A stretch of DNA of 64,000 nucleotides from Ascidiella aspersa (lineage: Eukaryota), in contig OZ004609.1 of the NCBI GenBank assembly GCA_963924565.1, positions 17,918,001 through 17,982,000 on the forward strand. The letters run 5' to 3'. Every line of letters starts with the position of its first letter. Position 1 is the first letter of the stretch. Position numbers and translations under genes: made by a program. Shown here one piece after another: positions 1 through 14,100 of the stretch. The notes under the pieces are model-generated. The model ran no database searches, was not told the origin of the DNA, and saw nothing but the letters and a program-made list of their open reading frames with translations.

Positions 1-23
1 CGCCATACTCTGACGCTATAGAT

Positions 24-376
24 CAGGGGTGGCCAACCAATCAGATACCAAGAGCCGCATTTGGTACTTGGTTAACCGTAAAGAGCCAAACACATGAAAC
101 GAAATGAACGGCCCATCACTCCATTTCTTACTAACTCCACAAAGCGATCGCGCGAAGCGCGATAAAAGTGCCTTTATTTCGTTAGACAAAACTTTAATTT
201 AGAATGAATACAATGGCCTTCGGCAAACAGTCTGATTCGAAATCGAAGCTGACAATAATCCATAACTTAACCAAAGAAATCGAAAACAAATTATAAATAC
301 AACCTGAACGTAAGAGCCGCATATAACTGGGTATAGAGCCGCATGCGGCTCGCGAGCCGCAGTTTGGCCACCCCTG
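24..376. mobile_element. hAT-type MITE (non-autonomous DNA transposon)
   Basis: Terminal inverted repeats CAGGGGTGGCCAA (24-36) and TTGGCCACCCCTG (364-376), flanked by a perfect 8-bp target-site duplication CTATAGAT (16-23, 377-384). No coding capacity. Confidence 0.92.
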
Positions 377-519
377 CTATAGATAAACTAAGCCAACGAA
401 TTTGTTATTACGTTTGGAGTTGTGCCAAAACGTGAATTTAAGTCGAATTTAAAGAAAAGGCGACAAGACGTCGAAATTGCAACTTTTTTGTTTTAAAATG
501 CAAACTTTAATTTACTTAA

Positions 520-1020
520 GGTACATTGGCCATATTGCAAAGACGGTATAGATCTGGAGAAACACACAACATGGCATCAACTAAATTAGGGTGACAAAAT
601 ATGAATCGGTATATTTCAGATTTTAGAAAACGGTCGGCTTTTCTTTCATATTGTTAAGACGAATACATTCGACCGAAGCGCAAAATATGTCAATATTTGG
701 CTAAGTTTTTTAAACTTTCGTTGAAGAGAGTCCCATAGTGCAGAGGACGCCCTTTGTTTGTAAGGATGCCAAATCTCGTGGAACATACGAGAAAGACAAA
801 AGAGATTTAATTCTCTCTTCAAATCAAATTTCCATTTTAGTCTATAAAACTGGCTAAAAATAGAGTTTGGTGGGATCATGACTAGATACGTCCCTGGAAG
901 GAGTGTTTACGATACAACAAAACATGCAGAAACTAGCCCTTGTTTTCGTTTATGCATTTTAAGGAAAATAGGCCGCGGGCCGGATTATATTGCTTGGTGT
1001 GCCGTATGTTGCCCAGGTCA
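520..1020 (-). mobile_element. Diverged partial copy of the hAT-type element at 24475-25389, opposite orientation
   Basis: Shared blocks with the reverse complement of about 24480-24950, e.g. TACGAGAAAGACAAAAGAGATT, AATTTCCATTTTAGTCT(A/T)TAAAAC(T/A)GGCTAAAAAT and terminal GCCGCGGGCCGGAT...GCCCAGGTC. Boundaries approximate. Confidence 0.7.
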
Positions 1021-1732
1021 AACAATTTTACGTCATACCTAGACCAGTGTTACGCAGCGCATAGGCCGCAAACCAAAGTTGGATACCCTGAAAAATTTTC
1101 TAGGTTGCTTGTCAAAATTCAAAAGATCCTTAAAAATTATAAACAATGTTGAAAATGGTAAGCCTTCTGTTTTACGTACAGCATTATTACCGCATGGTTG
1201 TAATTTTCTCTACAAAAAATTCCTCTTGCAAATATGCCTTAACACGTGTGGATTGTGGAGTAATTTCATAAAGTAATACATTAAGACCGGTCTAACCTCC
1301 AAAAATCTGTTTTGTATTATGCTTTTCCGACATAAATAACGCATTTGATATGAATTACCTTTTCTGACTAATAATAGAAAATTTGTTTCCGTATTGAATT
1401 GTGCATTCCAATAATCTCTAATTAAAACATACTATAAAGGCACATACACACAATAACACATAAACTAATAAGTGTCTTTTAGAAATATAAATTTTTTCCG
1501 TAAATTTTGTAAGTCAAAAAATAAATTGTCAGTCTCTGAATATTTGGCAAGTACTAAAATAATAACATTAACATCTACATAGACGCGGTTTATTTCCCTA
1601 ACGAATCGCATGTCACAGTATTAATATCACTATAGCTACAATATTTATAAAAATACTATAGTTGGTTAAAGAAGTAAAATCAATTAGATGTCATAAAATC
1701 AAAAAAGCTATTGTTATCATTATCCTTTCCAG

Positions 1733-4252
1733 GGATCCGTAATGAACTACAACTGGGTGCCACACTATGTCGCAATGCAAGAAGCATCCGGGTATGTCAG
1801 TCCAGGTATGTTTGTTAGGTTAAGCTGTAAAGCCAACGTGGTTGACCTTCGGTTTGCGCTTTTTCGACAGCTAGCTTCTTATATACATTGTATATAAGTT
1901 TTTTAGGAAGTTTTGTGTGGTTGTTTACATTTGGCAATAAGGTCGGCCATGACGTTACTTGCAGAAAATTTCCAGACAAGCAGAAAATCTTACAATTGGT
2001 TTACCAGCATACGAACATAATCACATGCGATATGTGACGTATTTCTTAAAAAAATAGAGAAGGGTTTAAATATAGAAGATTGGCGGTGAGAAGAAACACG
2101 AAGAACATATTACCTGTTACTTTACACAAACTTCACTGCGTGCTATAATTTAATTGCCTAATACTATTATTAATTTCTAAGTAAAATAAAGGGTAAAACG
2201 TCATTAACGTTAATAACTCACTTAGGTACAATAAAACAAATTATTTGGTTGCAAATCACATGCTATTGGAAATATTATAATCCTGTAAGATTTTAATTTC
2301 CAAAACTTTCTCGCCATAACAACGTATGTGGAGGGATTCCAAACGCTGCTGGATACAATAAGGATTTTTCTGAACAATGTGCTTGGCGTAACCACCACGT
2401 CCAGGCACTTGCAGTCCGGCAGACCCAGTGCTTTAAACAAGTTATTTTGAAGTCCCAGTCAAGTCATTATTGGACCAAGTCATATCCATGTCAAATCACC
2501 CATTTTAAAATAAAACGATAAAGTATTAAAATTGATACACTCGTCCGAATGTAAGCAATAGGTAGCAAAACAAAATAAATCATATCACAATCTAATTGTT
2601 TCAAGTGCAAAACTTGAGATAAATAGCTTAACTTTTAATTTAACTTATTTTTAAGCCAAGTTGTTTAACTCTATGACTAAATTCCCATTCAACCCTTTTA
2701 TTCAAAGACTTGAGTCAAAGAATGTTATTCTACCAGAACGACATAAGTTATGTAAAGTTATTTAAAAACAGTGACTTAAGTGCAATTAACCCAAGTCATT
2801 ACAGCACTGGGCAGACGCATCACAAACGCGCAAGATTTTCGCCCCAGTGACGAAGATTTTGACACTCGTTTTGTTTCAGGCTATATTATCCACGAAAGCG
2901 CTGTGTGGAGCGACCTGCACAACTCTTGGTTCTTTCTGCCCAGAAGAGCAAGCCACGAGAAATATGATGAAAGTTTGGACGAACACAGGGCCACCAACCT
3001 CTTATTTAAATGTTCGGAGAACTTCAAAGACATCAAAGTTGTTCATGTTGGTAAGCAACAGGCTACTTAGACCTAAATCGCATGACCGCCATTTTTAACC
3101 TGTTTAATAAGAAGTTACTCTTACTTTTGCCTTAGATTTGTCAGTGATTTCTCTCAAATATATGTTTAGCTGGGCCAGAGTATTATCTGTACGGATTTAC
3201 GGATACTGTCCTATGGAAAAAGTTTGTTCTAGTTTGAATGGCCAATCAGGTTTTATCCATGTTATTATGCTATTTGGCAGATCATTCGGTATTTTTATCA
3301 TTTTCTGCCGCTCACACCATACAATTTAATGTGCGGAACCTTCTACTTGATTGTATTCATATTAGTTTAATGCTGTCATTTTTCTTTTGGCATTTAAACA
3401 GCCTTTGTCACATTTTCACGTTGTCGTTTCGTAGTCCACCGACGTATATTCATAATCTCAAAACCTTTTCCGCAAATGCCAACAAACTTGTAACTTGTAG
3501 TTTGAAAAGGAACAAAGGTGAGATTTTGCTAAAAACTTACATGTGCAAGCAAAAAGTTTCAGTTTAAGCAAATGGGTATTTTCTAAATACCTGTTTTGCT
3601 GTTCACAACATTCGTGATTGCTCAATTGCTGGTTTGCTTCCGATTGATAAGAATAATCAGTTTGCGGAAACATTTTTTCCATTGCGTCATTATAAATTTT
3701 ATGATATAAATTGTAAAATATTAAGCAGTAATAACGGTTGATACATTTGCAAATGGGTTACAATGTTTTTCAAGGTTCTGGGCTTTCTTTATTATACCCT
3801 TCAATAAAAATCCTGTACTCATTTTTTCATATAACCAATAAGGTAGATGCTAATTGAGTTGGCCAGCCTAGTACTCATTTTATTTTTAAGTGCTTGCCAA
3901 TTTGTCGATTTTTTCAAGGGCCTGTAACTGTCGTTAACTTTCTATTTTGAAACGTTGCATTTGGTGCATTTTGCAGTTGTCACATATCGTTTTGCGAAGA
4001 ACGAATATCGACTTATTTCGTATTTTCTATTTTTCGTCTGTCTTAGGAAAGCTTGAGAGTCTTACCCGTGGCTTCTCCTCGTTCAAGTTTGTGCCCGGAA
4101 GCGGAGATCGTGTAATCGTTGCACTGAAAACCGAAGAAGTCCTGGGTAAAACGAAGTCCTACATCACGGCCTTTACGATTGACGGTGACGTTATCTTTTC
4201 GGATAAGATGGTCTCCGACCGCTACAAATACGAGGGGGTCGAGTTTTTGTAA
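1733..4252 (+). CDS. CANT1: Soluble calcium-activated nucleotidase 1 (apyrase), last three coding exons; 5' part lies upstream of the window
   Basis: Exons 1733-1805, 2880-3050 and 4047-4252 with GT-AG boundaries and matching phases give [12 protein letters not shown]...[43 protein letters not shown]...[24 protein letters not shown]...KYEGVEFL*. This matches the CANT1 C-terminal signatures ([36 protein letters not shown]). Confidence 0.95.
2426..2809. mobile_element. hAT-type MITE with internal CAAGTC/GACTT repeats, in a CANT1 intron
   Basis: TIRs CAGTGCTTTAA and TTACAGCACTG; 8-bp TSD GGCAGACC / GGCAGACG (7 of 8). Related copy at 43065-43223. Confidence 0.75.
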
Positions 4253-5717
4253 ACGAAAATCGACTGGAAAACTATCACATTTTCGGCGCTTAAAGACCGC
4301 ATTGCGTATATACCTACCGGCGATTATACTTCTAAGCGTTCTTATTTCTTTTATACTTACGTACCTTTCTAGGCCAGTATTTATTTTTCATTTGTTTGTT
4401 GTACTTGTTTTCCGCAATACCGTTTACTGTAGTATTTCAACTTGCGACTAATTAATCCCTACTTAAATGCTCGATATGGTATTAAGCAACTGTGTCGTCA
4501 ACTATGACAGTTTGATTGTTTACAACGCACACTTTGCGCGGTCGGTAAATTCTATGCTGTAGGCGTGGCGGATCAATACTTTTATTTGCAGTTACGTTTG
4601 CCTGAATGTTTCAAGTGAAACGCTAAACATATCTGTTCTAAATTGTAGAATATATTTTTTTAAACAACAGGTGGCATTGTACAACAGTTTGTTCTAAATA
4701 AATATAACACGTTTACAGTCAGCGTCCAATTTAAACCAATCGTTAATGTGTTCTGCGTTTTTGTTGCGCCGCTCATTTTTGCACTAAAAAGTCCAATCTT
4801 TTTTGACGACCCCCGCCAATTGTCAGCGATGCATATCTGCTTTAAATCGCCCTGCCTTGTGGCATCTTTGGTCGTTCGCCATTTCTGCCGTATTACGGCG
4901 ATACTGTGTAGACCTAAACTATTTAACAGCGTTCTTTTGCGTGATTCGGTCCGCTTTCGGTGATTGCCGCAAGAGGGCGATGTGGTGCTGTACATATTAG
5001 CAACCTTTCTTGCTTAAAACCCGTTTAGTGCCACGCTTTTATATACAACCCAAGTGCTCAACGCACTCCAGACACGTTGGCAAATTATGTTTAAACAAAT
5101 GGTTGGTAGTACCTACTTTTGGTATTTAGGTTGCCAAGGCGCAGTTAAAAAGACAAAGATAAAACTGTATCTTTGTGTTGCGTTTGTTAAATGGTATTAA
5201 AACTAGTTTTGATCTGGTTGTCAACTTATTCCAACGATACATTACAAACGTGCAATACGTAATGAACATTTATCGACCTTGTTTACAATAAACGGCATGC
5301 TTTTTGATTGTGATGCGAGCATATGCTAAATGCACAGGGAAAAAGGTTAATGATATTTGCAAGCATTTTTTTGTCGCACTGAAGTTTAGGTACGAAACAA
5401 AATCATTGTGCAAATGCACTTGTAAAACGGTGCACCAAAGCGTAGCGACGCACAGTTCCTCTGGTTAGGAAATATCACTCAACCTCACTTGCCACAACAG
5501 AATTATATGAAAACCTATTAAATAACCAAGAAAACCACAGATATAGTTGTGTACTTTTTCTTGATTTAGCCAAGGCCTTTGATACCATAGACAACCAAAT
5601 ATTACTTAAAAAACTAAATCATTATGGTATCAGAGGCCCACCCCCAAACTAATAGAAAATTTTTTAAGGCAAAGGAAGCATAGTACAAAAGTAGGAAAAA
5701 CTCTTTCTAATCCGTCG

Positions 5718-6659
5718 ATGCCTGTATGCGGTGTCCCACAAGGTTGTATATTAGCACCTCTCCTGTTTCAAATTTACATTAATGACTTACCAATAAACTC
5801 AAATATAAATTGTAGTTTATACGCAGATGATACTGTCATTTACTCTTCTAACAAAGACATAAAACAGCTTCAAAAAATAATTCAAATAGATATAGAAAAA
5901 ATTGACCACTGGTTTCGGGCTAATAAATTATCAATTAATCATCCTAAAACACATTACTTGGTAACCAATTCAAATTTGGAAATAGAAAATCAATTCAGTA
6001 TTAAAATAAGGGATAATAAACTGAAACAGGTAAATTCAGCGAAATATTTAGGCCTCATCATAGATGATAAATTGTCATGGATACCTCATATTAAAATGAT
6101 TGAACAAAAGATATCTAGGGGAATTGGACTCTTATCAAAAATGAAATACTATTTGGACACTCATGCACTTCGCCTTTTGTATTATAGCTTAATCAATACT
6201 CATCTTCGATATTGTGTTGTAACCTGGGGTAGAGCTTATCCAACTAAATTAAAACATCTTGAAGTACTACAGAATAGGGCAATCCAAATTTTAAGCGGCA
6301 CCCCTCCTAAAACAAGATTACTTCCATTATATCATAACCACTCAATTTTAAAATTGCACGACCTAACCAAATTGGAAATATTGCAAATAATTCATAACTT
6401 TAAAAACAACAAATTACCAGAAACATTGGCAAATTTGATGGCCCCCCTAGAAATCTTACATTCCCATAATACAAGGCTGCGGGATAAACAAAACTATTTT
6501 CAAGTCGGCGCCTCCACCAACTCAGGAAGAAAAACCATAGGATTTTTAGGGCCAAAATATTGGGAGAATTTAGATATAAATATTAAACTATTACCATACA
6601 AGTCATTTGTTAAGGCAATTAAACTAATGTTGTTGAACTTTTACCACGAGGGAACGTAA
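5718..6659 (+). pseudogene. LINE reverse transcriptase ORF2, C-terminal fragment
   Basis: 313-aa ORF with GVPQG, YADD and YLG motifs. The upstream part of the RT domain is in another frame and is 5'-truncated. Confidence 0.88.
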
Positions 6660-6861
6660 ACACAAAATCAAAACAAACCCTAGGCAATTAAAAAGGTAAA
6701 ATTGGCTAATCTGCGAAACAGGGGTAATAATGAAGTATTTTAGATAAGAAAAAAAACACGAGTTGAAATTTTAGATAAAAAATACAGCGTGCAATCAGTT
6801 CTGCATCAATGATTATTATAAGTCATAGCATTTATTTACAATGGGGGCGCCGGCTTAGAAG

Positions 6862-7560
6862 TAAACTGTCAATTAAGTTTCCAAATGTAACTCTAATTGT
6901 GTCTAATATAATGTATTTTGTTTTATATTTTCGGTTAATCATGTACTTACGAACAGTTCTTTTTGTAATATATCTTGTTTCGTTTACTTTTCTTTTTCCT
7001 TGTAAATATGCTTAGCCGTTCCCTGGGGTCTACGGACTCTTTTTTTTTTTTTGGTGTTTGCATATAGGCCTATATACCGTTGTTCCAAAAGATTTATAAA
7101 TCTACTTATCTATCTATTCGCCGTGGGCTCGGCGGCGTACCAGTAAAGTGTTTAAATAGGTTTTCAAACTTAACGCTTATTGTGTTTAATATAATGTATT
7201 TTGTTTTGTCATTTCTGTTCTGGATGTACTTACGAATAGTTCTTTTTGTAAAGTATCATGTTTCGTTTTCATTCTCATTTTCTTTTTTTTCTTGTAAAAA
7301 TACTTAGCCGTTCCCTGAAATCTACGGACGGTTTTTTAGTTTTTGCATATAGGCCTATATACTGTTGTGCCGAAACAGTTTCACATCTATTTAAATTATT
7401 TAACTATCCTTCCACAGTAGGCTCGCTGCGTAACAGTAAAATGTTTAATAAGTTTTCAAATGTAAAGCTAATTGTGTTTAATATAATGTATTTGGTTTTG
7501 TATTTACGAATAGCCTTTTTGTTGTAGCCTATCTTAATTCGTATTGCTTTCTTTTATATG
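6862..7560 (+). repeat. Diverged tandem repeat of about 285 bp (about 2.5 copies) in the LINE 3' UTR
   Basis: Units start at about 6862, 7143 and 7436 and share TTGTGT(C/T)TAATATAATGTATTT. The first two end in CTTAGCCGTTCCCTG...CTACGGAC...GCATATAGGCCTATATAC. Confidence 0.85.
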
Positions 7561-10500
7561 AAAAAATAATGAACTTGAATTGAATCACAGCCAGGGGGCA
7601 GCTGACTAAATGACTTAACAGTCTTTCGCCGCCCCCTGGGAACTACGGACGCTTCTTTATTATTTCAAATTTTGCATGCATGGTACCGTTGTTCCGAAAT
7701 AAATTTAAATCTATCTATCTATCTATCTATAAAACATCAACGGAAAGATAAATAAATTAACGAGTCACAAAGGTTTTCAATAACCAGTCCTTCTTCAACT
7801 GTAAAACGTGTTCATATACGATATTTAGCCGAATATAACAGTAAAATATATACTTTTTGCTAATTGTTAACAAGTTTTGACATTTAAAAATCTGTTGTTG
7901 TTTTAAAACAGTGGTTTAATAATTTAACGTAAAAATGCGTTTAAAACCGACATTGTAAAATACTCTTGATCGATTTTTGGTAGTTTATTTGGCTGCCACA
8001 TATTGCAGCGACCATAAAACCACAGGGCAGGAAATAACCGTGCTTAACTTGTGTATATTTTGCCCACGTGTTATTGATCTTAAAAGGTAGCGTTGAGCGG
8101 TAAGACATGTGACAATAATCGGTGTGGTAAATCTTCAGTTTCCTCTTCAAAACCACGTAGCGATTCTCCCAGGCCTTTTGTATGACAACAAATACAGTGT
8201 TTCACGCTTGGGTAATTCGGTATTGTACGGCGTTCTTAGCGTGTTAAAAGTGCAATAGTTGATGTGAAAAAGGGTGTCCAACTGCTAATTCGCAACCTAT
8301 GAATACGAACTGCCCAGTATTTCCGTTGTTTGCAAAAATCGAAGTAGTAATTTCTCACTGCGCCTGTTTGTGTTACGGATAGCATTTTGTTTGATTAGTC
8401 GATAAGAAACACCTCTTAGTTTAAACTTCACGCCTTTGACAAAATCTTTTTTTGGGTTGCGATGGGACTTTGGTCGACTGACGGACGAGCATCGTGCAGT
8501 ATGCTCTTGTATCGAGTGCAAACACAGCTTTACTTTTATCTTATTCGATTGTAGGAGCATTTTGCGTTGGAAGGCAAATCGACCGCCATAAGATATCGGC
8601 CGAGTCGCATTACCAACAAACGGTTTTGTCAACCGAAAACGTACGCCCGCCGGCTCTTGCGATAAAACCGTAGCGAGGTTATGCCGCGAAAGAATTTAAT
8701 CAAACTGGACTGCCCACGCCTTTCGTGGATTTTCGCTATCAAGCTCGATCAAGTAACTGGGCCAAGTTTTTCAATGTTAAACATGTATCACTAAGCTTCA
8801 CCGTATTTGGGTTTTGCAGTTATGTGACTACTAATTTGAATTTAGTGAATTGTTGTACCGTTTTTTAGGAATTGATTTTTAAAAAGCACTAACCTAATAT
8901 ACCCAAAACGACATTCTGAATATACCGGAAACCGCATTCCGATAGTTGATGACAAAAAATAAATTATATCGCTACTTCATAAAGATTCTTAAATCACATG
9001 AATATTTTCCGGAAGTAGAAGGTAGGCATACTCTCTCACTGTCGAACTATCAATCTTCCAGCAGAGCAAAGAAGGTGATATGGTTCAAGATGATGCAAGC
9101 ACGTCTTATGTTATTTGCAGTTGAGAAACACATGTTCCATTCTGTTATGATGGGTGTTAACATCCATCCAACTTTTTAACACGTTTCAGGGGGCTCAATG
9201 CGAACCAATTTTTGCATATAGTAAAAACTTAGCAAAAATAGTTTGGGTGGGCATGTTCTGGTGCTTCCCATGAATCCACCCCTGAAGGTAGTTCTTTTTT
9301 TGCGATTCGCGCAGCCTAAATTAACATTTACTTGGGTTTTTGCAAACTAGTTTATTTGTAAATATCACGCTTCTTAAGATTACGTTAATAAGGTTACTCT
9401 GGTAATCATGTCTCAGTTAAATACCCGATTAAATTTGGATCCGCTCTGTAGCAATTCCGTGTTTTTAATATGTCTAAACAAATTACTACGTTAAATTGCA
9501 ATTGAAAATCGTTTAAAACCCGCTTCTGTAATTTTATATTGATTCGTACATCTGTATACACTTGCCAAAAGAAGTACCAGGCGTAATGCTGGATCAAGTC
9601 CCTCTGAAATGAAAACTATTATTGTGCATTCGCGGTTGTAGTACCTTAGAAAACAACTACATTTTTGACAATTTTTATTAATCGACAGAGCTCAAAATTT
9701 CGAGTTGTACTATTGAAAACAACAGCACGTAAAATAGACAAGCAAAATGCAAGAAAAATAATCTTCAAAGTAATTTCAGCGAATATCCCAATGCAAAAAG
9801 AACCAGAGTCAGAATCAGTGCTGTACAGTCTACAATGTAGACTCTACATCTACAGCAAACACTTCATTTATAAAAAACAGCCCACAGTCGTCTTGATGTC
9901 ACGCCTCATTGAAGCGGGCCAGCAAAAGTTCTTGACTCGTGTTCGGACTTCTTCAGTATGAATAGGTGACCAGAGTTCGTTCAGCAAATATCACTGAAGT
10001 TGAACGGAAATTGTCCTGTGAAAGGCACATTTCTTAGCCCTGGGTGCAGTAAAGGTAGTTGTAGACATATAAAGGTATACACAGTTTCAGCGCTCAGAAA
10101 GCAATTGGAAGGCAAATTGGGGCCACGCTAGCCGTCGATGTCTTAGCACCGGCTTTGGTGAACACTGTGTTTACGTTCAACGTAATATACTTGACCAGTC
10201 TGCAGCCACAGTGAGATATTTAGGTTTATAAGGCAGTTTATTTTTGTTAGTTTTTTGTAAAATTTATATTTTTTTATCTGTAAGTATTTTCGAAATTTCG
10301 AAGTTTATTTAAAATCCTTTTGAAACAAGTTTCTGCTTTATTTTAAGAAAATACTTTAAATGTGAGGTGTTCGTTTCTCTAAAAATACATACTGTTTAGG
10401 TAGTTTTCGTTATATTTAAAGAGTCCCTCCCGAAACAATCTGCAAATGTTCATCGTATTTGCAATTACAGAAAGCCAACATGCTATGTAGAAAATGAGAA

Positions 10501-10855
10501 ACCACCAGCAAAGTTTGTTGTTCAAAGTCACCAGCCCAACGTTGCGATCGGTTGTTAAAGACTTCCTTGTCCTACCAAGATTGCCTTGGAACGCAAAGCT
10601 GTTGTTTTGTTAGCGCTGAAAGTTCGCATAATTCTAAGGCAGCCGAACAAGCTGTTCCTCAATCTGTTTGCGTAGGCGCTGTGTTTGGTCAAACGACGAT
10701 AAACCTGCGGCCATCCTTGCTGCTTCGGCGGCCACCAGCGCGAAATAAGTCGGTAAAGGTGCGCACACAGACAAGTGTAACGTAGCAAGGCGTTTAGTTA
10801 TAAATTCAAATTGTATATTATTTATGTAAATCAATCTGATTACTATAGGAATAAT

Positions 10856-10970
10856 CAACTTGGCACAAACAAACCGAAATTTTGTCTTTTATTTGCTGTG
10901 TTCAAAACCATAACCAACTTGGTACAAATAATAGAAATTTTGTCTTTTATTTGCTGTGTTCACAGTCATT
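10856..10970 (+). repeat. Direct tandem duplication of about 59 bp
   Basis: CAACTTGG(C/T)ACAAA...GAAATTTTGTCTTTTATTTGCTGTGTTCA occurs twice in tandem. Confidence 0.7.
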
Positions 10971-11188
10971 GCAGTTTTTCTTCAAGCTGCCAGGATAGTT
11001 TATTGTATTAATAATCGCTGCGTAAACTAAACTTGAATCACTGATCTGTTCTGTTGTTGTCCGTATTTAATACCTATCCCTATGCTCGGTCAGCATTGTT
11101 TTGTTTTTTGTCGCTGTTATTACACAATGTTTTACTGGGTTTAGGTTTGTAGGGTTGCAAGGCATTACCAATCGGTTATCGTTGAACC

Positions 11189-14100
11189 ATGAGGCTTGTA
11201 TTTGTAGTGCTTGTGGTAGCTTGCTTTTGGCATACTACGCGTTCAATCACCACAATTTCACCAGGACTACCACCAGCGGAAAATTGCAAACACTACAAAT
11301 CTTTGATCACCGACCTTCTAGTGACAGTGTCTGCTTCGTTTCTAGCGGACAACCCTCGCGGCACTGACCCTGCCCTTAATCCGCAGCGTGTGCGCCCGCA
11401 CTCCCCAGATGGCCTGTTTCGGGCATATTATGGAGTCGGTGCATCGGCCGAAGAGTTCAAGAAGGCGATTCTCGACATGGTGTATCTGAAATTCGGCAAG
11501 ACCCAAAAAATGGATCGCAATCAATTGCGCAGAAACATTGCCCTTTATGTATCAGCTGGCAGCTTCAATCTAGCCCGACATACCATGGGACAACTGCTTT
11601 TTGCAATCACCGGCGACTATGCGGGGCTTGACAAGGCTTGGGTGACTGCGGCTTGCCTGGCTTTCAGTCGCGTTCAGACTGCAGAAACCGCTTTAGGCAT
11701 TGAGTTCTCTAGGTAAGGATTGTAGTTTAACTGAAACATTCGTTCTCGAGGAGACCACAGGTATTTGTGTCAAGTGTCCTCTTATAAAATAAGTATCCAC
11801 TCTTTAAAGCTGAACTAAGAATATTGACGTGTGCAAAATATTTCCTCATTTCAGGTTTGCGGTAAACCTCCTAAATTTAAACACGAAAGCTTCAAATAGA
11901 ATTTAAGTTGGTGTTTTAACAAAAACTCTTTCCTAAGTTTGCACGCATTTAGAATTGTGTAATAAATTAATAATGCTTGCAAGGTAAAAAAAAAATGCTG
12001 ACAAGCTATTTTCGATTCGGCGCCCACACAAATGTCATGTCACAGCAATACCGCCATTGGGTTAGTTAATCGAATCCAGCTAAGGTAAAAAAAAATTGTT
12101 GGTGACAGCTAATGTACAACATTCTTTCTAGTACAGTGGATCCCAACCTGGGAGTGTGCGGCCCCCAAAGAGGTCGCAATGGGTTGTCTGGAGGGTTGCC
12201 GTGTAGTATTTGATAAAGAAAAATGCATATGAAATAATAAAGATAAACAAAAAGTTTAGCAGTATAAAAGGAGAAAAAGAAACCGCCCGTCAAACATTTG
12301 TCTTTATGTGGCTTTCGCTGCAGTAAACCAGTTATGTTTATGACGTCACCATAACACTTTTCAATTATTGAATCAAGCGTAGCTACAGTCAAACGATGGC
12401 TAATAAAAATGAATGGACGCTCAAACCGTAACTTTAGCTTGTTGTGCATACTTAAATCCGAACATTTTAGCCAAATTTCGATGCAATCCGTCTAGATTTT
12501 TCCCAATTTGAATTTGCTAATTTTTAAATGTGTGTCGCGAGAACAAAAATTTGAGAACCAGTATCACTGTCCTAATAGTATTTCATCCAGTTTCCCTTCT
12601 GTGTTATGACATTGCACTTTCTACACTTAGGCTAAGAAACGAAGTTGGGGACTTGGAGTACGGCAGTTTTCTGGCTGTGGGAAGCGGAAAGACGCTGGCG
12701 TTTGTTATCGACGATACCGGAAGTATGGGAGGAGAGATACGGGATGCACAGCAGCGAGTCAACGTAACGTGTTTCTTATATATATCCGTATAAATCTATT
12801 TATATTAGCGAAACTGAGAATCAGTACAGATTAACATAGTGCTTTTCATTGTTCATTAATGAGCCAGAGAACCCTAGAAAATAACCTCGCAATGCCGTGT
12901 AATTGGATAGCGAACGAATGGCTGAATCCAGAGATACCTATTTCAAAATTTACCCAGTACTGTCAAAGGTGTTCACCATAAACAAATTGATCTTACCAAC
13001 TGTTAGTTGGTTGCCTTTTGCCTCATGTGTAATGGCGAGTGTTGCATATTGCCGCAAGATTCATTTCATAAATTTGTATACCAATATTGTAAAGGTTCTT
13101 TTCACGTCATGGTTTTATCTTGCTGTGAAATTTAACGATATCGTATAACCGATGTTTTTAAGCTGGGCTACATTTTGTCATAAGTATACAACAGTTTATC
13201 TTGTGTTACGTTTTGTTGCCATTGTCTTATTTCTTCTGTTTTATGTTGCTTGATTGGTATTTTAGTTGATCATTGATCATTTACAAAACTCGTTGGATCG
13301 ACCCCAGTCTTTCGTCCTCGTACCTTTCAACGATCCCAGGGTCGGTCCTCTCACTGTGACGAGGGATCCAAACACTTTTAAGGCTGCTATTAATAAGTAA
13401 TTGAATTTACTATTATTTTATGTAATTTATCTGCTATATATATAAATTTAGCCAAATTTACTTTATTTTGTATATTATTATATATTTTTTTTGTTTATAA
13501 GTAATACCCGACTAGAAAAACACATGACGTTGTTTATAGGTCGTATAATCGATTTTAATTGAATTCATGTTCTGATAGAAGATAGAGGATAAAACGCATG
13601 TGTAATAGGTATTTTGCAGGGCATAATACACTGACTAGAAGTAGTAATGGCTGGTCGATCATTCCCAGATCACTAGGATCTGATTGTAATAACAAATAGT
13701 TGGTTTCGGTTGGTTGGTGGGTTGTGTTGCGTTGTATATGGGAAACTGTTCTTCTCTTTTAACAAGATGATGAAATCCCTAAAAGCCCACTGCCCATAAC
13801 GAACGGGACACTTTTTGTTTAAAGCCGCCCTTTTGACAAATAAACACTTAAGGATATAAAGGGGCATACAAACCACGACAATAAAGACTACATTATACTT
13901 GTTTTGATTGTATAATTCTGTTTTGTAGACTGTTTGCATCTGGAGGCGGAGATGCCCCAGAATTATGTCTTCGCGGAATACAGATCGCATTGGAAAACTG
14001 TAGAGCTGGTTCCATTGTTTATGTCATAACCGATGTCCATGCGAAGGATTATCATTTACAGGTGAAACATGCATAAGTTTTTCTTATTACAAAATTATGC

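Larger units (their letters stand above)
5465..7730 (+). mobile_element. 5'-truncated non-LTR retrotransposon (CR1/L2-like LINE)
   Basis: RT motifs RKYHSTSLA and FLDLAKAFDTID (about 5465-5640), a frameshift near 5645, then GVPQGCILAPLLF, YADDT and KYLGLIID in ORF 5718-6659. About 1 kb repeated 3' UTR ending in a (CTAT)n tail at about 7708-7730. No TSD seen. Confidence 0.9.

Noticed and set aside
2780-2879. N-terminal part of ORF 2780-3070
   Set aside because: Intronic read-through that includes a MITE end; the true CANT1 exon starts at 2880.
10068-10074. TATAAAG as promoter of the chimeric gene
   Set aside because: About 1.1 kb from the ATG and no convincing leader exon could be defined.
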